Of a DNA stretch of 64,000 nt, positions 16,673-24,605 are shown in pieces (the first letter of the stretch is position 1; each line of letters opens with the position of its first letter). Made by a program: the position numbers and the translations under genes. Location: contig JAITGM010000026.1 in the NCBI GenBank assembly GCA_031280685.1, positions 1,888 to 65,887 on the forward strand, written 5' to 3'. The notes under the pieces are model-generated. The model did no database searches and was not told the DNA's origin. It was given only the letters and a program-made list of their open reading frames with translations. This stretch comes from Christensenellaceae bacterium. Its GTDB lineage: Bacteria > Bacillota > Clostridia > Christensenellales > UBA1750.

Positions 16673-19087
16673 ATGTCACAAGCATATATAAACACGGCCC
16701 TGCCGCCGGAAAAGCGGGCCTCGGCCCTGCTGGAGGAGCTGTCCTTAGAGGAAAAACTTGCCCAGATCGTGGGGCTTGCCACATGGGATGCCCAGGCGCT
16801 GGACTTTGTCTACATCCGCGAAAACACCCCTTATGGCGTGGGCGAAGTGTCCACGCTGGAGGTGCGCCGCTTTGAGACGCTGGAGGATGTGGCCCAATGG
16901 CAACGGGACGTCCAAACCATCGTGATGGAAAATTCTCCCCACCACATCCCCGCCATCTTCCATATGGAGGGGATGTGCGGTGCGTTCATTCAGGATGCCA
17001 CCAGTTTCCCGGCCGGCATTGCCCGCGGGGCGTCTTTTGACCCCGAACTGGAGGAGGCAATCGGCAGTGCGGTCAGCCGTCAGGAGGCCGCCTGCGGTTT
17101 TACCCGAGTTTTGGCTCCAGTTTTAGATGTAGCCCGCGACCCCCGGATGGGGCGGCAAGGGGAATGCTATGGGGAGGACCCGGCGCTGGTGTCCGCTATG
17201 GGCACGGCGCTTACAAGGGGGCTGCAAAGCGCGGAAACGGCGGGCCGCAAAACCGATGCCACTGCCAAGCACTTTGTGGCGTTCCACACCGGGCAAGGGG
17301 GAATTCACGGTGCACACAGCGAGGTACCCACCCGCGTGCTGGAAGAGGTATTCGCAAAGCCCTTCCAGGCTGCCATCACCGAAGCGGACTTAACAGGCGT
17401 GATGCCCTGCTACTGCAATATCAACGGGGAGCCGACCTCGGTGTCCAAAACCCTGCTTGATGAGTTGCTGCGCAAGAAAATGGGGTTTGACGGTACCGTG
17501 GTAAGCGACTACGGCGGCATAGACAATGCCCACGGCGCCCAACATCTCTACGAAACGCCTGCGGATGCCGGCCTTGCCGCCCTAGAGGCGGGGATGGATG
17601 TGGAGTTGCCCAACCAGTCCTGCTACAACGCCGATCTGCTTGAACGCTTCCGCCTGGGCGAAGCGGATATGGCCCTGTTGGACAGGGCGGTGCTCCACGA
17701 GCTCACCGCCAAGTTCCGTATGGGGCTTTTCGAGCATCCCTTTGCTTTGGAGGGAGAACCGCTCCGGCAGGCAGCCGTTCAGCCGCGGGATAAGGAGCTG
17801 TCTCTTCGCGCGGCAAGGGAATCTCTGGTGCTGCTGAAAAACGACGGTGTTTTGCCGCTGCGAAAGGTGAAAAAGATCGCGATCATCGGCCCCCATGCCG
17901 CCTATGCCCGGAAAATGTTCGGCGGTTACACGCATCTATGTATGATGGAATCCGTCTTTGCCGTAGCCAATTCCATTGCCGGGGTAAGCGGCACCCAGCA
18001 GGCCGACCCGGAAACCATCGTCACCATCCCCGGCACCCATGTGCAGTCGGACGAAACGCCGGAATTTGACCCCATCCTCAAGCGGCAGAAGCCGGACTGC
18101 CGGAGTCTGCTCGAAGAGCTTAAGACACGGCTGCCCGATGCCGAAATCACCTATGCCTACGGCTATCCTGTCGCGGGGGCAGACGAGAGCCGCTTTGGGG
18201 AAGCCCTGGAAGCCGCCCAAAACGCGGATATCCTCATCCTCACCCTGGGCGGCAAGCACGGCACCTGCTCTATGGCCACCATGGGAGAGGGCGTGGACGC
18301 CACCAACATCAACCTGCCTGCCTGCCAGGATGCTTTTCTCCATGCGGCGGCAGAGCTGGGCAGACCCATGGTCGGCGTCCACTTTGACGGCCGCCCCATT
18401 TCCTCCGACGCCGCAGACAGGTACTTGAGCGCCATTTTAGAGTGCTGGTCTCCTTCGGAATGTGGCGCCCAGGCGGTAGTGGACGTATTACTTGGGGAAA
18501 CAAGCCCCTCAGGGAAGCTGCCGGTCACTGTGGCGTGGAATGCCGGGCAAGTGCCCCTTTACTACAATCATCCCTGGAATTCCCAGTGGCACCAGGGTGG
18601 TTCTATCGCCTTTGCCGATTATGTGGACTGCCCCCATGCCCCTCGATATTATTTTGGCCATGGCCTGTCCTATACGAAGTTCGCGTATTCTGATTTGCGT
18701 ATCTCCGCTTCGGAGATTGCCCCTGACGGTAGCGTGGAGGTCAGCTTCACCGTAGCTAACACGGGCGATGTGGCCGGGGACGAGGTGGTACAGCTTTACC
18801 TCTGTGACGAATACGCTTCCATGGCCCGGCCTGTCAAGGAATTGGCAGGCTTCCGGCGCGTAGGCCTTGCTCCCGGCGAGAGCAAGACCATCACCTTCAC
18901 CATCCAGGCCAGCCAGACGGCGTTTTTGGATGCCGATATGCGCTGGAAGGTAGAGAAGGGGCGTTTTGTGGTGGAAGTGGGAACATCCTCTGAGGATATC
19001 CGCCTCACCGGGGAGTTCCTTGTCATCGCTGATGGCTGGATGGATGGCCGCCACCGGGCATTTTATGCAAAAAGCGAGGTGAGGTAG
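16673..19087 (+). CDS. GH3 beta-glucosidase/beta-xylosidase
   Basis: GFDGTVVSDYGG nucleophile region and a C-terminal fibronectin-like domain (GDEVVQLYL...KELAGFRRV). ATG 16673 follows AAGGAGG. Confidence 0.88.
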   Translation: MSQAYINTALPPEKRASALLEELSLEEKLAQIVGLATWDAQALDFVYIRENTPYGVGEVSTLEVRRFETLEDVAQWQRDVQTIVMENSPHHIPAIFHMEGMCGAFIQDATSFPAGIARGASFDPELEEAIGSAVSRQEAACGFTRVLAPVLDVARDPRMGRQGECYGEDPALVSAMGTALTRGLQSAETAGRKTDATAKHFVAFHTGQGGIHGAHSEVPTRVLEEVFAKPFQAAITEADLTGVMPCYCNINGEPTSVSKTLLDELLRKKMGFDGTVVSDYGGIDNAHGAQHLYETPADAGLAALEAGMDVELPNQSCYNADLLERFRLGEADMALLDRAVLHELTAKFRMGLFEHPFALEGEPLRQAAVQPRDKELSLRAARESLVLLKNDGVLPLRKVKKIAIIGPHAAYARKMFGGYTHLCMMESVFAVANSIAGVSGTQQADPETIVTIPGTHVQSDETPEFDPILKRQKPDCRSLLEELKTRLPDAEITYAYGYPVAGADESRFGEALEAAQNADILILTLGGKHGTCSMATMGEGVDATNINLPACQDAFLHAAAELGRPMVGVHFDGRPISSDAADRYLSAILECWSPSECGAQAVVDVLLGETSPSGKLPVTVAWNAGQVPLYYNHPWNSQWHQGGSIAFADYVDCPHAPRYYFGHGLSYTKFAYSDLRISASEIAPDGSVEVSFTVANTGDVAGDEVVQLYLCDEYASMARPVKELAGFRRVGLAPGESKTITFTIQASQTAFLDADMRWKVEKGRFVVEVGTSSEDIRLTGEFLVIADGWMDGRHRAFYAKSEVR

Positions 19088-21388
19088 ATGGATCCGCTTT
19101 ACCGTTTTGAGCAGGAAGGCAACGCTTGCCGCATCCTGACGCCCGCTCCGCCCCGGCACTGGTACAACTACCTCTGGAATGAGGATCGTTACTGCGCGCA
19201 GGTGTCCCAGATGGGGCACGGACGCAGTTACTATCTGGATGCCGAAGCCCATATGTGTCAAATAAACCGGGACGAAGCCCGCTATGTGTTCCTGCGGGAT
19301 GATGAAATGGGTGATGCGTGGAACATTGGACAGGGGCCGCTGAACACCCCTGTGGAGGACTACGCCTGTTCCCACGCCATCGGATGCTCAACGATTTCTT
19401 CCAGGTACAAGGGCGTCGCCGCCTCCTGGCGGCTGTTTGTACCCCAGCGGGGTTTCCACGAGGTGTGGACCCTGAAAATTAAAAACGCCGGGGACATTTC
19501 TCGGCGCATCAGTGTTTTTTCTGCCGTCACCTTTCATCTGGACGGGTTCTCCTACCCCCGGTACTACGAGATGTACCGCACCATGACCACCCGGTTTGAC
19601 CCGGACTTAAACGGCGTGTTTTGCGCCTCTGCGCACCCCTTTGCTCCCCATGGACGGTACAACGGCTTTTTATCCTCCACCGAGCAGGTAGCCGCTTTTG
19701 ACGGGGAACTCTCCGCATTCTGCGGCAGCGGCAGCACATTGACTCTGCCCGATGCTTCGGCCTGCGCCCTCTTTCAGAGGCCCTCTGTGGTAGCGGAGGG
19801 AAAGGACTGCACCAATTCGGAGGGTGCCCTGTTCATTCTTGGTGGTGTTCTCCAGCACAAGCTGATGCTACATCCCGGCGAGGAAAAAGAGATACAGGTT
19901 CTCTACGGTATTGCAGAAACCGTGGAGGAGGCCAGGGCGACCACTGCCGCCTATCATGAGGCGGGACGGGCAGAGCGGGAGCTGGCGGCTGCGGAAAAGG
20001 CATACTTTGCCAAGTATCAATCACTATCAGTCGCGACCCCTGACGAAAAAGTAAATGCCATCATGAACAGTTGGGTAAAAAAACAGGTGGATTTCTGCAT
20101 CGTGGGTAAAAAGGGCGTTCGGGACAACCTGCAAATTGCCGCCGCACTACTGAGCTACCGTCCGGACAAGGCAAAAGATGAAATATTGGAATGCCTTCGC
20201 CATCAGTTCAGGGACGGTCACGCCGTCCTCACCTGGCATCCCTATGATGACACACGCTACTCCGACCAGCCTTTCTGGATCATCTGGGCGGTGTGCCGTT
20301 TGATCCGGGAGACGGGAGACTTTTTCGTTCTGAATGAGCGTATTCAGTGGCAGGATGGCGGGGAAGCGACGGTGCTGGAGCACGTAAAGGCTGCCGTCAA
20401 CCGGCTTATCGCCGACAAAGGCAGGAATGGCCTAGTCCGTATATACTTTGCAGACTGGAATGACGCGCTCAACATCACCACCGATGATGGGGCCGAATCG
20501 GTCATGCTGTCCCACCAGTTTTGCATGGCGCTTCGGGATTTGGCGGCGGTGGTGGACCGAGCGGGAGATGCGGGGTATGCCGCTCGGCTGCGTAGAGAGT
20601 TCGACATCCTGAAAACTGCTATCAACGACCACGCATGGGACGGGAAATGGTACGCCCGTGCCCTTACCGAGGACGGCCCCATTGGTGCGCAAAGCAGCAA
20701 GGGAAGCCACATCTATCTCAACGCCCAAACCTGGGCGGTTTTGGGGGATGTGGCGCCCCCGGAGCGGCTGGCCGCGGTGTTGGCTGCGGTGGACGGCATG
20801 GAGCACGACTTTGGTTTCCCCTTGAATCTGCCCCCCTATCCTGTTTACGACCCCCAGGTGGGCAGGATGTCAGGCATGCTTCCCGGCCTCTTTGAAAACG
20901 GCGGGATATACTGCCACGCCACCGGCTTCAAAGTACTGATGGACTGCAAGGCGGGCCGGGGAAACAAGGCGTATGAAACGCTCAAAAAGATTATGCCGGA
21001 CAGCGAGGAAAATCCGTCTATGCAGTCGGGGGCGGAGCCTTATGTGTTCACCAACTGCTATTCCCCCCATCCCGCCTATTACGGCAAGAGCTATCAGTCG
21101 TGGACCACAGGCACCTCGGCATGGTGCCTCATGGGGCTCTATGAGGGCATTCTGGGCATCATCGCCGACTTCAATGGCCTGCGGGTTCGTCCTTGCCTTC
21201 CATCGACATGGGAGCGTATAGAAATGACTCGCTCCTTCCGTGGAGCAGACTACCACATTACCATCCTTAACCCACATCACAAGGAGACAGGCACTTCCCA
21301 TATCACCGTTGACGGTACGGCGGTTGACGGCGATATCCTCCCGGATTTTCGGGACGGGCAGCTTCACAAGGTACAGGTGGAGTTATGA
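19088..21388 (+). CDS. GH94-like (alpha/alpha)6 glycoside phosphorylase/hydrolase
   Basis: YFADWNDALN (DWND-type catalytic motif), GGIYCHATGF and WTTGTSAW. The start abuts the GH3 stop. The family call is from memory only. Confidence 0.55.
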   Translation: MDPLYRFEQEGNACRILTPAPPRHWYNYLWNEDRYCAQVSQMGHGRSYYLDAEAHMCQINRDEARYVFLRDDEMGDAWNIGQGPLNTPVEDYACSHAIGCSTISSRYKGVAASWRLFVPQRGFHEVWTLKIKNAGDISRRISVFSAVTFHLDGFSYPRYYEMYRTMTTRFDPDLNGVFCASAHPFAPHGRYNGFLSSTEQVAAFDGELSAFCGSGSTLTLPDASACALFQRPSVVAEGKDCTNSEGALFILGGVLQHKLMLHPGEEKEIQVLYGIAETVEEARATTAAYHEAGRAERELAAAEKAYFAKYQSLSVATPDEKVNAIMNSWVKKQVDFCIVGKKGVRDNLQIAAALLSYRPDKAKDEILECLRHQFRDGHAVLTWHPYDDTRYSDQPFWIIWAVCRLIRETGDFFVLNERIQWQDGGEATVLEHVKAAVNRLIADKGRNGLVRIYFADWNDALNITTDDGAESVMLSHQFCMALRDLAAVVDRAGDAGYAARLRREFDILKTAINDHAWDGKWYARALTEDGPIGAQSSKGSHIYLNAQTWAVLGDVAPPERLAAVLAAVDGMEHDFGFPLNLPPYPVYDPQVGRMSGMLPGLFENGGIYCHATGFKVLMDCKAGRGNKAYETLKKIMPDSEENPSMQSGAEPYVFTNCYSPHPAYYGKSYQSWTTGTSAWCLMGLYEGILGIIADFNGLRVRPCLPSTWERIEMTRSFRGADYHITILNPHHKETGTSHITVDGTAVDGDILPDFRDGQLHKVQVEL

Positions 21389-22368
21389 AGAGAGAAGAAA
21401 TACTGAATAGATTGGGATTTAAAGTGCCCGATTCCAAGAAAAAAAGAGTGATTGTGCATTCGGATGTGGCGTGTGAGGCAGATGACCATTTTGCAATCGC
21501 TCATCACTTAATGACACCGTCCGAAATTATTGTTGGTATCATTGCGGGTCATTTTGAGTATTGTAACAGAACAATACCAGAATTTGCGCAGCAGCGTTTT
21601 ACAAGTACAGAAAAAAGCTTTGCTGAAGGGCGAAAAATCCTTGATATTATGGAAATTGATGACATTCCTTTGATTAGAGGTGCGAAGCAAGAAATCGCTG
21701 ATAGAGATAATTTGCCAGAATCACCCGGTGCGGATTTTATCATTGAAGAGGCCTTGAAGGATGACGAAAGGCCACTATATATTGCACTGCAAGGGTGTCT
21801 CACCGACCTTGCGATTGCTCTTATCAAAGAGCCACAAATCGCTGACAAAATGACTGCGATTTGGATTGGCGGAGGCGGCTACCCAGACGGCAAAGGCGAC
21901 TTTAACATGATGCAGGATGTACTTGCAGCGCAAATTGTGTTCGAGAGCAATATTCCTCTATGGCAGATACCGGCAAGTGTTTACTCCGGTATGAATATCA
22001 CGTTAGCAGAGCTTGTAACTAAAGTAAAACCTTGCGGTGCAATTGGAGAATATCTCGTAAATCAAATGTTGGATTTTAATGATGCAATGGGAAAAAGGAC
22101 TGGGTATGGCACATTCCCATACGGCGAAACTTGGGCTGTTGGCGATCAGCCTACTGTAAGTGTGCTATTGCAAGGTTCAGGTGTATGGCATAATGAGTAT
22201 GTAACAGTAACCGATGATATGATATATAGTAAATCATCAAGCGGACGTGAAATTCGTGTCTATGACGAAATTGACAGGCGCATGACTATGGAGGATTTTT
22301 TTGCCAAGCTTGAACTTTGTTATTGTGGCAGGAGGACTTCCGATTTTAATCGGGATAGCGGTCGTTGA
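21385..22368 (+). CDS. Nucleoside-hydrolase-like fold protein
   Basis: VIVHSDVACEADDHFAIAHHL resembles the DxDxxxDD Asp cluster of IU-nucleoside hydrolases and NH-like domains. The gene is visibly more AT-rich than its neighbours. The start overlaps the preceding stop. Confidence 0.45.
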   Translation: MKREEILNRLGFKVPDSKKKRVIVHSDVACEADDHFAIAHHLMTPSEIIVGIIAGHFEYCNRTIPEFAQQRFTSTEKSFAEGRKILDIMEIDDIPLIRGAKQEIADRDNLPESPGADFIIEEALKDDERPLYIALQGCLTDLAIALIKEPQIADKMTAIWIGGGGYPDGKGDFNMMQDVLAAQIVFESNIPLWQIPASVYSGMNITLAELVTKVKPCGAIGEYLVNQMLDFNDAMGKRTGYGTFPYGETWAVGDQPTVSVLLQGSGVWHNEYVTVTDDMIYSKSSSGREIRVYDEIDRRMTMEDFFAKLELCYCGRRTSDFNRDSGR

Positions 22369-22450
22369 TATAAGGAGTAGGCGCAATGACAAACATAGGG
22401 TGTGCAAGATGCTGGCAGTACATCGGTGAACAGAACAGGAACGAAGAATT

Positions 22451-22485
22451 AAGCGACACCACCGCCTGTTGCGGCGGTGTCGCTT
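22451..22485 (+). repeat. 15-bp stem hairpin (one mismatch) at the cargo/regulatory-module junction
   Basis: AAGCGACACCACCGC 22451-22465 pairs with GCGGCGGTGTCGCTT 22471-22485. No U-run follows. Confidence 0.5.
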
Positions 22486-22506
22486 CCACAGACAGGAGGC
22501 TACGTT

Positions 22507-23205
22507 ATGACACACATGGTTTTAGGTATTGGCTATTGCGAAAGCGAATATGGCACTGTGCGCAAGGAATGGAAAAGCCACGGCGTATATTTTCGATTCG
22601 TGAATTCTGTCGAGGAAGCGGTTCGCCGTTTTTTGAAGGAACCCTATGTGTGCATTACAATTTGCGTAGACCGTGTCGGAAATGGCCCGCTTGACTATTT
22701 GCGCAGGTTTAACGCGCCGCCCATTATCCTCATCCCATCGGGATGCAACATCGCACAGCGGGCATCTCTTTTGCAGCGCGGGGCATCCGACTATCTTAAA
22801 AATGCCACAAACCAATGGCAGGCTGCGGAGTCCAGTGGCAAAGACGCCATACAGTTTTATCTCGACAGCGCGATAAAAGCCACCGATCCCCTCACCATAA
22901 TAACGGACGGCGTTTTGTACTTCTGCCTGGAGACCCGCACAGTAGAGGTGCTTGGGCGAAAAATAGACCTGACGCCGAAGGAGTTCGAGATTCTGGCGCT
23001 GATGATCCCCCATGCGCAGCGCGTGTATACATTTGAAGTCCTGACATACTTGATTTGGGGTGAAGAATATCAGTTCGACATACACAAAAAAACGATCATA
23101 AACCACATGAGCAGCCTGCGCAGGAAACTACAGGTCACGCCGGATGTCCGCAACTACATTGTGAGCGTGAGCAAGGCAGGCTACAAGTTTGACATTATCG
23201 TATAA
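22507..23205 (+). CDS. OmpR-type winged-helix regulator with an atypical receiver domain (orphan)
   Basis: C-terminus LTPKEFEILALM...INHMSSLRRKL...VSKAGYKF is an OmpR/PhoB wHTH. The N-terminus has receiver-like PIILIPS and GASDYLK but lacks the usual N-terminal DD pair. No histidine kinase is in the window. ATG follows AGGAGG. Confidence 0.7.
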   Translation: MTHMVLGIGYCESEYGTVRKEWKSHGVYFRFVNSVEEAVRRFLKEPYVCITICVDRVGNGPLDYLRRFNAPPIILIPSGCNIAQRASLLQRGASDYLKNATNQWQAAESSGKDAIQFYLDSAIKATDPLTIITDGVLYFCLETRTVEVLGRKIDLTPKEFEILALMIPHAQRVYTFEVLTYLIWGEEYQFDIHKKTIINHMSSLRRKLQVTPDVRNYIVSVSKAGYKFDIIV

Positions 23206-23301
23206 AACAGATCAATTTCTCTTTGGATATTTCTCGGATAATCTGATGGTATTTTAATGGTGTAGGCGCAGTACACTCCCCTTATTGGTGAGGAAAGGGG
23301 A

Positions 23302-23391
23302 ATGTGCAGTCAAACCCGCTCCCCTTTTATGGGGGAACGAGTATGCGCCGAAGAAAGCATCGGCGGCTCTGCCGCCGGCAAAACGATATAG
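23302..23391 (+). CDS. Possible 29-codon leader ORF (MCSQTRSPFMGERVCAEESIGGSAAGKTI)
   Basis: ATG directly follows GAGGAAAGGGG. It lies upstream of an intrinsic terminator and of the sigma-like gene. Purely positional; no homology is claimed. Confidence 0.2.
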   Translation: MCSQTRSPFMGERVCAEESIGGSAAGKTI

Positions 23392-23499
23392 ACCAACCTC
23401 ATGCTGTAATCCGATGGTGGATTGCGGCCTTTTTTATCCCCCCATCCCCTGAAAGTTCATCCGGCGGTTCATCTGAATCTGCGGAAATAAAGTCACCAT

Positions 23500-23531
23500 G
23501 CGCGTTCGCCATTTGGCGGGCGCGCTTTTTT
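23500..23531 (+). terminator. Intrinsic terminator (11-bp stem, ATTT loop, T6)
   Basis: GCGCGTTCGCC 23500-23510 pairs with GGCGGGCGCGC 23515-23525 (two G-U pairs), followed by TTTTTT 23526-23531. Confidence 0.7.
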
Positions 23532-23643
23532 GTTGCACGCATCAGGGACAAGCCCGGCAAAGGAGGGCCGGGTTGCCGTTCACCGCCATTTCCCCAGCAG
23601 TTTTTGACGCCCATCACCAAAAAACTGACTGGAGGAAATACAA

Positions 23644-24102
23644 ATGCAGTATTGGAAGAAAACCCGCAATTACAGAAAGCATGTCGATACGGACGGCTCC
23701 GTCCGTTATGTGATCACCGTGGACGGCGAGGAGGTCGAAGTCACCGAAGCGGTGTACAAAGCGTATTCCCAGGCCGACCGCAGGGAGCGGTATGGCTACG
23801 AACGCGAGGAAGGCTTGCTCCTGTCCCTGGAACGCATGGACGAAGAGGGCGTGCATCCCACCTTTCCAACCGACAGGCGCGTGGAGTCCGCGGAGGATAC
23901 CGTCATGCGCCGGCTTCTCATCGCGGAAGCCCTGGATGCTCTTTCCTGTCTGACGCCCAGTGAACAGCGTTTGATTCAGGCTGTCGTTATGGAGGGCGTG
24001 TCAGAACAGGAGTACGCCGAGTACCTGGGTGTATCGCAGGTCGCCGTTCATCTGCGCAAGCATGGGATACTCAAAAAAATATTTCAGATTATGACTTATT
24101 AA
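23644..24102 (+). CDS. Sigma-70 region-4-only protein (Tn916 ORF7-like regulator)
   Basis: C-terminal HTH LTPSEQRLIQAVVMEGVSEQEYAEYLGVSQVAVHLRKHGILKKI. RBS is GGAGG. Its position before xis/int matches Tn916/Tn1549-type elements. Confidence 0.75.
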   Translation: MQYWKKTRNYRKHVDTDGSVRYVITVDGEEVEVTEAVYKAYSQADRRERYGYEREEGLLLSLERMDEEGVHPTFPTDRRVESAEDTVMRRLLIAEALDALSCLTPSEQRLIQAVVMEGVSEQEYAEYLGVSQVAVHLRKHGILKKIFQIMTY

Positions 24103-24605
24103 ACCCCCGATTTTTCGGGATGAGTAGTGAAGGGGAAAAACCATTCCCTTTCACGGCACCTTGACAAACACCGCCCAGCCGGGCGGTCATACCGGCAACA
24201 CCGGGTACGTTACCGCCCGGCGCCGCGCGCGAGGACCCCCACCGGCCGCACACATTCGTGTTGCCGGCCGGGAGGGGTGAGCGCCCGGTCCCCGCTCTCT
24301 TGGGGATTCAGGAAAAAGACGGCGCTGTGCGACAATGATACTTCCCCGAACCTGACTGTACGGGGGCCGCGGTAGTAGGGTTAATTCGCGGCGGAAGCAT
24401 CGCCACGGCTGAAAAAGGCCGCGGGGAGCTTTCATGGGCCAGCCTTTGGCCGTCCGGCATTGCCACAGAACAACATTACTGGTACTCACCGCAAAACTAT
24501 CCAAAAATATTTCATGGTTTTGGCGGCTGAACTACTGCGCTGCGGGGTTCGATCAGGAACCCCACAGCGTACCATTGAGCCGCTAAAGCGGAAAGGAGGG
24601 ACATA
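24103..24605. other. ~500-bp non-coding block, GC-richer than its flanks and packed with hairpins; candidate structured RNA or recombination/regulatory region
   Basis: No convincing ORF on either strand. Nested stems include CCGGGCGG...CCGCCCGG (24179-24220), CCGGCCGCACACATTCGTGTTGCCGGCCGG (24242-24271) and CTGCGGGGTTC-GATCAG-GAACCCCACAG (24540-24567). Confidence 0.4.

Noticed and set aside
23304-23963. 219-aa plus-strand ORF across the RR-sigma intergenic region
   Set aside because: It overlaps the well-supported sigma-like gene in another frame, crosses an intrinsic terminator, and has Arg/Gly/Pro-rich composition.
24118-24170. Resemblance to a yybP-ykoY (Mn) riboswitch: GAGUAG, a hairpin, then UUGACA
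   Set aside because: Only two short motifs match. The remaining conserved helices and the 3' half are absent, and the downstream gene (a helicase) has no link to metal homeostasis.
24535-24570. GGGGTTCGATC...GAACCCC resembling a tRNA/tmRNA T-arm (possible att site or tRNA fragment)
   Set aside because: It folds as a simple 11-bp hairpin. No acceptor, D or anticodon arm can be built around it.
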